The notes: a model not told the origin generated them from the sequence alone. Positions 40,056 through 50,466 are shown, numbered from the stretch's first letter. The stretch is 57,357 nt of DNA from an uncultured Erysipelotrichaceae bacterium (GCA_902773675.1 CACYFN010000008.1:1-57357); one strand, 5' to 3'. Program-made: numbers and translations.

Positions 40056-41459
40056 ATGAAAAAAAATTTAAGTTTAAGAATTATATGTATAGGGTTATTG
40101 ATTTTGATTGTTGCTGGTTTATTTTTACCTTTTGTTAATTATGATTATACTAGTTCATCTCTTTTTGATATGTCTGAATCATTATTTTATGTTCCTTATA
40201 TAATTATTGGTTTAGTTGTATTATCTATTTTAGTTTTATTGTTAAATAAAAAAGTTGAATTTAGCTTATTATTTTTAGGTTTTATTTTAGCATTTGTTTA
40301 TTTATATACAATGACTTATAAAGATTTTTTTGAATATTTAAGTTATGGTTATTATTTCTTTTCAATTGGTTCATTAGTTTCATTTATTGTATTATTTATT
40401 TTAGTTGTGAAAAATAGTTCTAATACTTCTTTAACTGTTGTTCAGGAAGTTGCTAAAGTGGAAAATGTTCAGGAAAAACAAGAAGAAGTAATTAATTCTG
40501 AACCAAGTCAATTAGCTCAATCTTTAATGGATAAACCTGTTATGAATAATATAGAAAATAATACTAATATAATGAATGAAGCTAATAGTTCTAATAATTC
40601 AGATTATCTTGGACAATCTAATGTTAATTCCACAGTGACTAATGATGTAAATCAAATACAGAGTGCTGAAGATATTACTTTATCACCTAATAATCCTTTA
40701 TCATCTTTTTTACCAAGTGATTTTGATCCAAATAAAGTTATAAATGATCAGTCAAATCAGGAAAGTGTTCAAGAAGAAGAAAAAGTTGAATCTAAAGAAG
40801 AAGAAAAACAAGAAGAAAAGGGAGTTGAACAAGTACAATCTATTTTATCAGTTATGTCTCAACCTATGGTTAGTGGAAATTTGAATATTGATGCTTCAAC
40901 TCCTGTGCAACAATCAGAAGTACCAGATATAAAACAACCAGTAGTACCAGAAGTACCAGATATAAAACAACCAGTAGTACCAGAAGTACCACAAGTAGAG
41001 CAATCAGTAGTACCAGAAGTACCACAAGTAGAGCAATCAGTAGTACCAGAAGTACCACAAGTACCACAAGTAGAGCAATCAGTAATACCAGAAGTACCAC
41101 AAGTAGAGCAATCAGTAGTACCAGAAGTACCACAAGTAGAACAATCAGTAGTACCAGAAGTACCACAAGTAGAGCAATCAGTAGTACCAGAAGTACCACA
41201 AGTAGAACAATCAGTAGTACCAGAAGTATCACAAACACAAGAAGCAGTAGTACCAGAGGTACCACAAACACCAGAAGCAGTTGTACCAGAGGTGCCACAA
41301 ACACAAGAAGCAGTAGTTCAACCAGATTTACCTATTCTGTCTGATGTTCAGCAGTCTGAATCACCTGAATCTAGTATATCTAATATGTCAATTAGTTCTG
41401 TTTCAAATGTATCAGATAATTCTGTACCAGTTGAAGGTAATAATATTAAATTTGAATAA
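40056..41459 (+). CDS. Membrane protein with long acidic Pro/Val-rich repeat tail
   Basis: Four N-terminal TM helices; VVPEVPQVEQS repeats. Confidence 0.75.
   Translation: MKKNLSLRIICIGLLILIVAGLFLPFVNYDYTSSSLFDMSESLFYVPYIIIGLVVLSILVLLLNKKVEFSLLFLGFILAFVYLYTMTYKDFFEYLSYGYYFFSIGSLVSFIVLFILVVKNSSNTSLTVVQEVAKVENVQEKQEEVINSEPSQLAQSLMDKPVMNNIENNTNIMNEANSSNNSDYLGQSNVNSTVTNDVNQIQSAEDITLSPNNPLSSFLPSDFDPNKVINDQSNQESVQEEEKVESKEEEKQEEKGVEQVQSILSVMSQPMVSGNLNIDASTPVQQSEVPDIKQPVVPEVPDIKQPVVPEVPQVEQSVVPEVPQVEQSVVPEVPQVPQVEQSVIPEVPQVEQSVVPEVPQVEQSVVPEVPQVEQSVVPEVPQVEQSVVPEVSQTQEAVVPEVPQTPEAVVPEVPQTQEAVVQPDLPILSDVQQSESPESSISNMSISSVSNVSDNSVPVEGNNIKFE
40908..41318 (+). repeat. Intragenic 33-bp tandem repeat (~12 units)
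   Basis: caatcagtagtaccagaagtaccacaagtagag and variants. Confidence 0.9.
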
Positions 41460-41463
41460 AAAT

Positions 41464-41489
41464 AAAGCTATAAGTTTACTTATAGCTTT
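41464..41489. terminator. Bidirectional terminator between convergent genes
   Basis: aaagctataag-ttta-cttatagcttt. Confidence 0.75.
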
Positions 41490-43151
41490 TTAATTTATAT
41501 TTGTTATAATTGGTAGAATTACTGGGTTACGACCAGTTTTGTTATAAATATACTCGGATAATTCATTTATTAATAATAATTTTAGTTCATTTAAATTATT
41601 ATTTTTAGATATGTTTATTGTTATTGTTTTTTGACTTACTCTTTCAATTTGTTTTAATAATTCTATATTATCTTGTATTTGGACAAATCCTCGTGTTGTA
41701 ATATTTACGTCTCCAATTAAATTATTGTTTTTAATATTAAATGTTACTATTACAATGCCATCGCTTGACATTACTTTTCTTTCTTTCATGACAGCTACTC
41801 CGATTTCACCAATTCTACTTCCATCGACATATACATCTCCAGCTTGAACATTTTTGTCTTTAGTTATTTTACCTTTATTAAGTGATAAAACATCTCCATT
41901 TTCCATTATGAAGGTATTTTCTTTTGGTATTCCACATTCAATAGCTAGATCTGCATGACTTTTAAGCATTCTATATTCTCCATGGAAAGGCATAAAGTAT
42001 TTTGGCTTAATTAATCTTAACATTAATTTTAATTCTTCTTTGTTGCCATGTCCTGATGTATGAACATCACTAATAGATGTATTAGTACATACTTTAACTC
42101 CTTGTAAATAAAGCTTATTAATAGTTTTAGATATGCTTAAAGCGTTACCTGGTATTGCAGAAGATGAGAAAATAACTAAATCATCATCTTGTATTTTAAT
42201 TTGTTTATGAGTACCATTTGCTATTCTAGAAAGTGCCGCAAGTGGCTCTCCTTGACTTCCGGTACATAATAGACATACTTTATTACCATCTAATCTATTA
42301 GCTTCTTCTGGTGTTACAAATATTTCTTTGTGTTTAATGTATCCTTCTTTTAGGGATATTTCAATATTATTTTCCATACTTCTTCCAAATATAGCAATTT
42401 TACGATTATTTCTTTTACAAGTATCTACAATATGTTTTAATCTATAAATATTAGATGCGAATGTAGCAATTATAATTCTGCCATTATGAGAAGAAATCAT
42501 ACTTGATAAAGCTTCATCAACTTTAGACTCACTAACACTCATTCCTTCATTTAGTGCATTTGTACTATCACTTAGAAGTAGGCTAACACCTTTTTCTCCA
42601 ATAGCAGCCATTTTATGTAAATTAGCAATTGGGCCAATGGGAGTTAAATCAAATTTAAAGTCACCAGTAGTTACAATTGTACCATTTGGAGTATGAATTA
42701 CTATTCCATGAGAATCGGGAATAGAGTGGGTAGTTCTAAAAAATTCTACAGACATATTTTTGAATTTTAAAATTGTATCTTCATTATATGCATATAATGT
42801 TTTATAGTTAATACCACGTTCTTCTAATTTTTTTTGAATTAATCCAACTGCTTGATTTGGTGAATATATAGCTGGTACATTTACTGTCTGTAATAAGAAT
42901 GGTATACCACCAATATGATCTTCATGACCATGGGTAATAATTAAAGCTTTTATTTTCTTTTCATTTTTCTTAAGAAATGTAAAATCAGGAATTATATAAT
43001 CTACACCAGGTAATTCTCCTGATGGAAATGTAATACCTACATCAGTAATAATTATTTCATCACCAGTCATAAAACAATACATATTTTTACCTACTTCACC
43101 AAGTCCACCTAAAGCAAATATTTTTGTATCAACGTTTTCAAATAATTTCAT
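41490..43151 (-). CDS. rnj: Ribonuclease J
   Basis: ALGGLGEVGKNM, THGHEDHIGG, HSIPDS, TGDFK, TGSQGEP, HTSGH; cat at 43149-43151 with cctcctt RBS complement shows minus strand (ORF track label '+' is wrong). Confidence 0.96.
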   Translation of the reverse strand: MKLFENVDTKIFALGGLGEVGKNMYCFMTGDEIIITDVGITFPSGELPGVDYIIPDFTFLKKNEKKIKALIITHGHEDHIGGIPFLLQTVNVPAIYSPNQAVGLIQKKLEERGINYKTLYAYNEDTILKFKNMSVEFFRTTHSIPDSHGIVIHTPNGTIVTTGDFKFDLTPIGPIANLHKMAAIGEKGVSLLLSDSTNALNEGMSVSESKVDEALSSMISSHNGRIIIATFASNIYRLKHIVDTCKRNNRKIAIFGRSMENNIEISLKEGYIKHKEIFVTPEEANRLDGNKVCLLCTGSQGEPLAALSRIANGTHKQIKIQDDDLVIFSSSAIPGNALSISKTINKLYLQGVKVCTNTSISDVHTSGHGNKEELKLMLRLIKPKYFMPFHGEYRMLKSHADLAIECGIPKENTFIMENGDVLSLNKGKITKDKNVQAGDVYVDGSRIGEIGVAVMKERKVMSSDGIVIVTFNIKNNNLIGDVNITTRGFVQIQDNIELLKQIERVSQKTITINISKNNNLNELKLLLINELSEYIYNKTGRNPVILPIITNIN

Positions 43152-43273
43152 ATTTTTTCCTCCTTTCTTTATAAATTTAATTGACTATACAATTATACTA
43201 TTATTTTTAGAATTTGTCCAGATTTTCTTTACTTTTTAGTTTGTATCTAATATAATAATTAAAGGTGATTAAA

Positions 43274-44578
43274 ATGTTTGAAAGTTTAGGAGATAGATTA
43301 CAGAGCGCAGTTAATAAGATAAAAGGATATGGAAAAATTACTGAAAGTAATATTAGTGATGTTACTAGAGAAATAAGACTTGCACTTCTAGAAGCCGATG
43401 TTAACTATAAAGTTGTTAAAGAATTTATAAATAATGTAAAAGAGAAAGCTTTAGGTGAAGAAGTAGCTAAAAGCCTTAAACCAGGTGAGATGTTTGTTAA
43501 AATATTAAAAGATGAACTTGTAGAATTATTAGGTGGTAATAAAGAAGACTTATATATGAATGGAAATCCATCAATACTTATGCTTGTTGGTCTTCAAGGT
43601 AGTGGTAAAACTACTACTATTGGTAAACTTGCTTTGATGTTACGTAAAAAATATAAGAAAAAACCATTACTTGTTGCATGTGATGTGTATCGTCCTGCAG
43701 CTATTGATCAATTAAAACAAATTGGTAAGGAACTTAGTATAGAAGTATATGAAGAGGGTAAAAATAATCCTGTGGATATTGTTAAAAATGCTTTAAATTA
43801 CGCTATAGAAAATAAATATGATTATGTTTTGATAGATACTGCTGGTAGACTTCATATTGATGAAGAGTTAATGGAAGAACTTAATAATATTAATGAAGTA
43901 GTAAAACCTAATGAAATATTACTTGTTGTAGATAGTATGACTGGTCAAGATGCAGTTAATGTTATTGAAGGATTTAATAATAGATTACATTTAACAGGTG
44001 CAATTTTAACCAAGTTAGATGGTGATACTAGAGGTGGAGCTGCTTTATCTATTAGACATTTAACTAATGTACCAATTAAATTTATTGGTGTTAGTGAAAA
44101 AATGGATGGTTTGGATGAATTCTATCCAGAACGTATGGCTACTCGTATTCTTGGTATGGGAGATTTAATGACCATGATAGAAAAAGCCGAGAGCGTAATT
44201 GATGAAGATGAAGCTAAAAGAGCAGCTAAAAGAATGGAACAAGGTAAATTTGATTTAGAAGATTTCTTAAGTACAATGAAACAAATAAAGAAATTGGGAC
44301 CACTAGAAAACTTAATTAAATTAATTCCAGGTATACCAAAAGAAGCTAAAAAAATAAAAATAGATCCTAAAGATATGGCTCATATTGAAGCAATTATACT
44401 TTCAATGACACCATATGAAAGAAGACATCCTGAATGTTTAAAAGCTAGTAGAAAAATACGTATTTCTAAAGGGTGTGGAAGAAGTGTTGAAGAAGTTAAT
44501 AAATTAATTAAGCAATTTGATCAAATGAAAGTAATGATGAAGAATATGAAGAATGGAAATATGAAAATGCCTTTTTAA
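43274..44578 (+). CDS. ffh: Signal recognition particle protein Ffh
   Basis: ALLEADV, GLQGSGKTTT, DVYRPAAIDQL, DTAGR, TKLDGDTRGGAALS, RILGMGD, M-domain. Confidence 0.97.
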   Translation: MFESLGDRLQSAVNKIKGYGKITESNISDVTREIRLALLEADVNYKVVKEFINNVKEKALGEEVAKSLKPGEMFVKILKDELVELLGGNKEDLYMNGNPSILMLVGLQGSGKTTTIGKLALMLRKKYKKKPLLVACDVYRPAAIDQLKQIGKELSIEVYEEGKNNPVDIVKNALNYAIENKYDYVLIDTAGRLHIDEELMEELNNINEVVKPNEILLVVDSMTGQDAVNVIEGFNNRLHLTGAILTKLDGDTRGGAALSIRHLTNVPIKFIGVSEKMDGLDEFYPERMATRILGMGDLMTMIEKAESVIDEDEAKRAAKRMEQGKFDLEDFLSTMKQIKKLGPLENLIKLIPGIPKEAKKIKIDPKDMAHIEAIILSMTPYERRHPECLKASRKIRISKGCGRSVEEVNKLIKQFDQMKVMMKNMKNGNMKMPF

Positions 44579-44622
44579 GGTATTTTTTTTTATACTTTGT
44601 AAATATTATAAATGGTGGTTTT

Positions 44623-45078
44623 ATGCGTAAGGTTATTATATTTATAATAATTGTAGTAATATCTATATTTTTTTCTTTAATAATTACTAAAGGAGAAGAA
44701 ACTGAAATGGTATTTAGTGAAAATAGTAATTATTATGATATATATATTTTAGATATAAGTAAGGAAAATATAAATACAAATAATATTATAGATTATTTTG
44801 ATGATATTAAAATACTAGAAATATATCCATATATAAATCCTATATATAAAAAATTAATAAATATTAATAGTTATTCTTTTAATACAATATTAAGTAATAA
44901 AAAAAATATTAGTTTATTTACTAGTGAGTATTTAAAAAAATTAGAAGATAATAATTTAAAAGAAGAAATAGTTAAATATAGAATTAATGGTATTAAAATA
45001 AATAAAATTAAAGTATATGCTTCTAATAATAGTATGAATTATATAATAAATAATTATAATATAAAAATAGTTAAATAA
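44623..45078 (+). CDS. Hypothetical protein with N-terminal TM anchor
   Basis: 151 aa, hydrophobic N-terminus. Confidence 0.55.
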   Translation: MRKVIIFIIIVVISIFFSLIITKGEETEMVFSENSNYYDIYILDISKENINTNNIIDYFDDIKILEIYPYINPIYKKLININSYSFNTILSNKKNISLFTSEYLKKLEDNNLKEEIVKYRINGIKINKIKVYASNNSMNYIINNYNIKIVK

Positions 45079-45145
45079 TGTTATTTTTTAGTAGAAAAAT
45101 AACATTATTTTTGTTATACTATATATAGAAGATAGAGGTGTATCT

Positions 45146-45327
45146 ATGATGAAGTAATAGAATGTGAAGAAATAAATAATACTTCAAAAGATAAGATAGT
45201 AGTAAATGTTGAAAATACATTAAGCTATATATCATGGGCAATAATTATAATAAGTGGTGTTATAGTTATATTAGGATGTTCTATACTAGGATATAACTTT
45301 TATAAATCAAGAAAGGAAAGAAAATGA
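45146..45327 (+). pseudogene. Internally deleted surface-protein gene (only start and VENT-TM anchor remain)
   Basis: gaggtg RBS + ATG ATG AAG TAA; overlapping frame reads DEVIECEE..VNVENTLSYISWAIIIISGVIVILGCSILGYNFYKSRKERK*, matching the VENTLS tail of 37212-39539. Confidence 0.65.
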
Positions 45328-45382
45328 TTCTTTTCTTTTATTTTTACTTATGTTATAATGTGTTTGTAATTAGGAGGTACTT

Positions 45383-47542
45383 ATGAAGATAGATGTTTTA
45401 GTTGAATTGAAGGCTAAGGGTATTGATTCTACATTTACGTATTTAGTGCCTAAGGAAATGAAAGATAATATTAAAATTGGTATTAGAGTTATTGTACCTT
45501 TTGGTAATCAGAAATTAGAAGGATTTGTACTTAGTATTAATAATAATGATGTTGATTATAAGTTAAAAAATATTATAGATATTATAGATAATGAACCTGT
45601 TTTAACTAGTGAAATGTTAGAACTTGGTAAATATATTAGTAAGAAAACATTATGTAATTTAATTAGTGCTTATCAAACTATGTTACCTAGAGCTTTAAAG
45701 GCTAAAAATGGATTTATTGTTAATAAGAAGTATGTTACTTATTTAAAATTAGTTGATAATGATTATATTCCTAAAAATGATAAACAAAAAGAAATAATAG
45801 AAAAGTTAAAAAATGGATATAAATTAAAAAGTGAAATGGTTAATATTTCTTTATCAGGAGTAAAAACTTTAATTAAAAATAATGTTATTACTGAAGAGAA
45901 GAAAGAATTATATCGTATTAATGATGAAGAAAATATTGAAGAATGTAAAATAAAATTAAATGAAGAACAATCTAATGTTGTTAATAGAGTTCTTGAGTGT
46001 AAGAATACATTTAAACCATTTTTACTTCATGGAGTTACTGGTAGTGGTAAAACTGAAGTATATATGCATATTATAAATGAAGTTATTAAAGATGGTAAAG
46101 AAGTTATAGTATTAGTTCCAGAAATTAGTTTAACTCCACAATTAGTTAATAATTTTAAAAAAAGATTTGGTAATAAAATAGCTATTTTACATAGTGGACT
46201 TTCTGATGGGGAAAAATATGATGAATGGAGAAAGATAATAAATAAGGATGTTTCTATTGCGATAGGTGCTCGTAGTTGTATTTTTGCTCCTTTCTTAAAT
46301 ATTGGTATGATTATTATTGATGAAGAACATACTGATACTTATAAGCAAGAAAGTAATCCTAAGTATAATGCAATTGATATTGCTTTAAAGAGAGCTAAAA
46401 CATATAATTGTCCTGTAATATTAGGAAGTGCTACTCCTTCTATTGAAAGTTATACTAGAGCTAAGAGTAATATTTATGAATTATTAGTTATGAAGAAAAG
46501 GGTAAATAATATGTTACCAGATGTTAAACTAATTGATATGAAAAATGAAATAAGAAAAGGTAATAGTTTATTTTCGGAAGATTTAAGTAAATCTATTAAT
46601 AATTGTTTAAGTAAGAATGAACAAGTAATATTACTACTTAATAGAAGAGGTTATTCTACTATTATAAGTTGTAAGAATTGTGGTTATATAGTAAAGTGTC
46701 CTAATTGTGATATACCTTTAACTTATCATAAATCTACTAATAAGATGAATTGTCATTATTGTAATTATTCTACTTATAAACCATTAGAATGTCCTGAATG
46801 TAAGAGTAAGAGTATTAATAGTTTAGGGTTAGGTACTGAAAAATTAGAAGAGGAAGTAAGATCTAAATTTGGTTGTAGAGTAGTTAGAATGGATGTTGAT
46901 ACTACTAGTAGAAAAGGGAGTCATGAAAAAATTATAAATGATTTTAAAAATAAAAAATATGATATTTTAATTGGTACACAGATGATATCTAAAGGTCTTG
47001 ATTTTGAGGATGTTACTTTAGTGGGAGTTATTAATGGTGATGCTAGTTTAAATATTCCTGATTATAGAAGTAGTGAAAGAACTTTTGATCTTTTAAATCA
47101 AGTAGCTGGTAGAAGTGGAAGATCTAAAAAAGGTGGTATTGTAATAATACAAGGATTTAATATAGATCACTATAGTATTGTTATGGCTAGTCATCATGAT
47201 TATATAGGTTTTTATAATGAAGAGATGAATTTAAGAAAGATACTTAAATATCCTCCTTATTATAATTTAACTTTAATTAGAATTAAGGGTAAAAATTATA
47301 ATGATGTTTATAATGAAAGTAATAAGATATTTAGTTATTTAAAGAATAATACCGATAATGTAATAATATTAGGACCATCTAATAGTAATTTACCTAAGAT
47401 TAATAATATATATAATATGCAGGTAATACTTAAATATAAGAATACTAATTTAATTATGGATAAATTAATATTTATAAATGATAAGTATAAAAAGAATAAT
47501 AAGATTAATATTGATATTGACATAAATCCTAAAAATTTATAG
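45383..47542 (+). CDS. priA: Primosomal protein N' (replication restart helicase)
   Basis: LHGVTGSGKTEVY, LVPEISLTPQ, IIDEEH, LGSATPS, NRRGY, four CxxC, IGTQMISKGLDF, QVAGRSGR. Confidence 0.97.
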   Translation: MKIDVLVELKAKGIDSTFTYLVPKEMKDNIKIGIRVIVPFGNQKLEGFVLSINNNDVDYKLKNIIDIIDNEPVLTSEMLELGKYISKKTLCNLISAYQTMLPRALKAKNGFIVNKKYVTYLKLVDNDYIPKNDKQKEIIEKLKNGYKLKSEMVNISLSGVKTLIKNNVITEEKKELYRINDEENIEECKIKLNEEQSNVVNRVLECKNTFKPFLLHGVTGSGKTEVYMHIINEVIKDGKEVIVLVPEISLTPQLVNNFKKRFGNKIAILHSGLSDGEKYDEWRKIINKDVSIAIGARSCIFAPFLNIGMIIIDEEHTDTYKQESNPKYNAIDIALKRAKTYNCPVILGSATPSIESYTRAKSNIYELLVMKKRVNNMLPDVKLIDMKNEIRKGNSLFSEDLSKSINNCLSKNEQVILLLNRRGYSTIISCKNCGYIVKCPNCDIPLTYHKSTNKMNCHYCNYSTYKPLECPECKSKSINSLGLGTEKLEEEVRSKFGCRVVRMDVDTTSRKGSHEKIINDFKNKKYDILIGTQMISKGLDFEDVTLVGVINGDASLNIPDYRSSERTFDLLNQVAGRSGRSKKGGIVIIQGFNIDHYSIVMASHHDYIGFYNEEMNLRKILKYPPYYNLTLIRIKGKNYNDVYNESNKIFSYLKNNTDNVIILGPSNSNLPKINNIYNMQVILKYKNTNLIMDKLIFINDKYKKNNKINIDIDINPKNL

Positions 47543-47572
47543 AATATTTGTACATCTGATGGGAATGGTTTT

Positions 47573-48736
47573 ATGGAAAGTAAAAAATATCAATTAATTC
47601 AAGCGTATAAGAATAATAATTTTAATGAATATTTAAGACTTATAGATGAATGTTTGGATAAAGGATATTGGTTTGAATATGATACTATATTTAGTTATGC
47701 TAAAGTATTAAGAAAAATGAGAAAGTTTGATCAAGCTTATAAGATTTTAAAATCATTAGAAAAACAAGTTAATGATTATAAGATTGCTGAAGATTTATGC
47801 AGGGAATACATTCATTGCTATAAACCTATGGATGCTTATAGATTATATCAATTAAAGAAAAAAGAATTTAAAAATCATTATTTGATAATTAAGATATATA
47901 TGCTTCAAGGTAAAATAGAAGAAGCTAAATATTTGATAGAATATTTAAAAGATAATGGATTGATTGATGAAAATGATGAAATAATTAGAAATTATCAATT
48001 ATATATTAATAATTATTTTAAACATCATTCATTTATTGAAACAGAATATTCAAGTTTTATAAATAATGGTGATAAATTAAAAGAAGGATATGTTGTTTAT
48101 TTAAAGGATAGTCCAGTATGTTTACTAAGTAATTATAATGATAATATGGCAAATAGAAGACCATATTTAATATGGAAAATAGAGGATAATAAAGTTTATA
48201 TGTTTCCAATGAATACTAAATGTGGAAGAAAAGATTATATATTATCTAAAGATAAGTATCATAATAGTTTTCAAGATAGAACAATTAAAGATTCTATTTG
48301 TATTACAGATTTAGATAATATTTTAACTGTAAATGATAAATTATATGATGAAGATTATAGATTAATTATTGATAGAGCTTTTAAAACTCTTTATTTTGGA
48401 GATCAATTACAATTAGATGAATCATTAGAATTTATGAAATATTTTGTTGGTGATATTAATAAATATGATATTATTGAAGTAATTGATGCTCTTACTAGAG
48501 AAATAAAATTTTATTTAGTTATAGATAATGAAAATGATATTTTTAAATGTTTAAAAGTAAGTATAAATGAAAATAAGATTATTGATTATAATATAAAGAT
48601 ATTTAATGGTTATAAAGGAATATTTGATGTTATAAAAATATATGATTATGAAAGAGATAATTATATTAATCAAATGAAAGAAAATGGTTTCAAATTAGAT
48701 CCTGAAAAAGTTATATCTAAAAAAAGTATAAATTAA
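47573..48736 (+). CDS. Hypothetical protein: helical (TPR-like) N-terminus + possible PemK/MazF-like domain
   Basis: YAKVLRKMRKFDQAYKIL; G.VVYL..RRPYLIW..VYMFPMNTK. Confidence 0.55.
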   Translation: MESKKYQLIQAYKNNNFNEYLRLIDECLDKGYWFEYDTIFSYAKVLRKMRKFDQAYKILKSLEKQVNDYKIAEDLCREYIHCYKPMDAYRLYQLKKKEFKNHYLIIKIYMLQGKIEEAKYLIEYLKDNGLIDENDEIIRNYQLYINNYFKHHSFIETEYSSFINNGDKLKEGYVVYLKDSPVCLLSNYNDNMANRRPYLIWKIEDNKVYMFPMNTKCGRKDYILSKDKYHNSFQDRTIKDSICITDLDNILTVNDKLYDEDYRLIIDRAFKTLYFGDQLQLDESLEFMKYFVGDINKYDIIEVIDALTREIKFYLVIDNENDIFKCLKVSINENKIIDYNIKIFNGYKGIFDVIKIYDYERDNYINQMKENGFKLDPEKVISKKSIN

Positions 48737-48774
48737 AGAAATATATGGTATAATTGAATTGGATAGGAGGACTT

Positions 48775-49446
48775 ATGAAAAAATATATTTGTGAATTTAT
48801 TGGTACTTTAGTACTAGTATTATTTGGCTGTGGTACAGCTGTACTAACTGAAGCTGATATAGTGGCTACATCTTTAGCATTTGGTTTATCTATTGTAGCT
48901 TTAGTTTATGTTATAGGAGGTATTTCAGGATGTCATGTAAATCCTGCTGTATCTTTTGCAATGTTTTTAGATAAACGTTTAAGTGGTAGTGATTTAATTA
49001 AATATATCATTGCTCAAATACTGGGTGCTATTGCTGGTGCTGGAATTCTTGCTTTAATTATTAATAGTATATTTAAATTAGGTGATTATACTGTTACAGG
49101 ACTTGGCCAAAATGCATTTGGTAAATATAACATTAGTATGTTAGGGGCATTTATAGTTGAAGCAATACTTACTTTTGTATTTATTTTTACTATTTTAGGT
49201 GTTACAAAGGATAAGAAAAAGGATAGTGTTTCTGGTATAGTAATTGGTTTAACTTTAACTTTTGTACATTTATTTGGTATTAAGTTAACTGGTACTTCAG
49301 TTAATCCTGCTAGAAGTTTAGGACCTGCATTACTTCTTGGAGGAGATGCTTTAAAACAAGTTTGGGTATTTATATGCGCTCCAATGTTTGGATCTGCTTT
49401 AGCTTATTTTGCCTATAAGTTTTTAAGTAATGAAAAATCTAAATAA
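48775..49446 (+). CDS. aqpZ: MIP-family channel (aquaporin Z-like)
   Basis: EFIGT..LV.FGCG, SGCHVNPAVS, TGTSVNPARS. Confidence 0.9.
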   Translation: MKKYICEFIGTLVLVLFGCGTAVLTEADIVATSLAFGLSIVALVYVIGGISGCHVNPAVSFAMFLDKRLSGSDLIKYIIAQILGAIAGAGILALIINSIFKLGDYTVTGLGQNAFGKYNISMLGAFIVEAILTFVFIFTILGVTKDKKKDSVSGIVIGLTLTFVHLFGIKLTGTSVNPARSLGPALLLGGDALKQVWVFICAPMFGSALAYFAYKFLSNEKSK

Positions 49447-49459
49447 GTATATAATTATT

Positions 49460-49603
49460 ATGTTTATTCTAATAATAGTTGCTGAAGTATTAATTAGGAT
49501 AAAAAATGATATATGTAATATTATTGGTATTATTTTATTACCAATAATAATTATAGTAGGTTTTATATTAATTTATAGTGATAAAAAACAGAATCGTAAA
49601 TGA
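49460..49603 (+). CDS. Possible 47-aa membrane peptide
   Basis: MFILIIVAEVLIRIKNDICNIIGIILLPIIIIVGFILIYSDKKQNRK*; no clear RBS. Confidence 0.3.
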   Translation: MFILIIVAEVLIRIKNDICNIIGIILLPIIIIVGFILIYSDKKQNRK

Positions 49604-49612
49604 TTCTGTTTT
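49585..49612. terminator. Bidirectional terminator
   Basis: aaaacagaatc-gtaaat-gattctgtttt between convergent genes. Confidence 0.7.
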
Positions 49613-49614
49613 AT

Positions 49615-50466
49615 TTATAATTGTAATTTTAAGTTTTCTAAATTTTGATTTTGTAAACTTATATAATCATATTTGTCTTTTTCATCATCATCTAGATTAG
49701 ATAATGTGTGTAGTTCTATTAATTGTACATCTGTTCCATCTGTTAGTGTTTTTATAGTGTTATTAGCTTCTTCACCTTTCATTAGGTAAATATATTTAAC
49801 TGTTCCATTATTAATTAAGTTTCTAGCGGTTGCAATATCTTTATTGGTAAGTTCTTCTGTTTCTTCTAATGATATTACATCAATTCCATATTTTTTTAAG
49901 TATAGAAACATATTATTACTTACAATGATAGTTGTATGAGTATTTTTAAATGTATTTCTGTATTTAGCGTCCATGGCTGTTAAATCTATTTTTAATTCTT
50001 CATAATTATTTTCTATTTCTTTTACTAAATAGGATGTTTTAATATACTCTTTAAATCCTTTTTTAATATTATTAGCTATTGTTAGTAAATTATTTGGATC
50101 TAACCAAAATTCTTCATTATAATATTCATATGTTAAATCATTAGTGACATCTATTATTTTTAAATTTTTAGTATTTTTTCTCATTGTTCTTACATAATTT
50201 TTTTCTTTTGATTGTCCATTAAATATAAACATATCAGTATTACTATATTCTTTTAGTAATATATCAGTTACTTCATAATTATTAACATCTATTCCATTTG
50301 GATAAATACTTTTAATATTACTATGTTTACCATATAATCTATTTACAACATATTCAATAGGATAAGTTGTTGTATAGATGGTTATATCTTCCATAGAATC
50401 ACTTTTAAAACATCCTGATAAACTTAAAAATGTTATTATTATAAATAATTTAAATATCTTCTTCAT
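49615..50466 (-). CDS. Metal (Zn/Mn) ABC transporter substrate-binding lipoprotein, ZnuA/AdcA-like
   Basis: LSGC lipobox, IYTTTYPIEY, DMFIFNG, WLDP, FLYL..YG. Confidence 0.8.
   Translation of the reverse strand: MKKIFKLFIIITFLSLSGCFKSDSMEDITIYTTTYPIEYVVNRLYGKHSNIKSIYPNGIDVNNYEVTDILLKEYSNTDMFIFNGQSKEKNYVRTMRKNTKNLKIIDVTNDLTYEYYNEEFWLDPNNLLTIANNIKKGFKEYIKTSYLVKEIENNYEELKIDLTAMDAKYRNTFKNTHTTIIVSNNMFLYLKKYGIDVISLEETEELTNKDIATARNLINNGTVKYIYLMKGEEANNTIKTLTDGTDVQLIELHTLSNLDDDEKDKYDYISLQNQNLENLKLQL

Noticed and set aside
40870-41304. 144-aa Leu/Val-rich minus-strand ORF
   Set aside because: Shadow of the 33-bp tandem repeat on the opposite strand.
41490-43151. ORF track lists RNase J on the + strand
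   Set aside because: The protein is the reverse-complement translation (cat at 43149-43151, tta at 41490-41492); it is annotated here on the minus strand.
1951-47523. Short overlapping ORFs (1951-2169, 9979-10260, 10836-11036, 13927-14178, 15768-15968, 16440-16628, 19158-19355, 19936-20175, 20732-21001, 21266-21454, 26505-26732, 33684-33902, 34201-34410, 35125-35346, 36846-37088, 38768-38962, 47335-47523)
   Set aside because: Antisense or alternate-frame overlaps of well-supported genes, with no recognisable motif.
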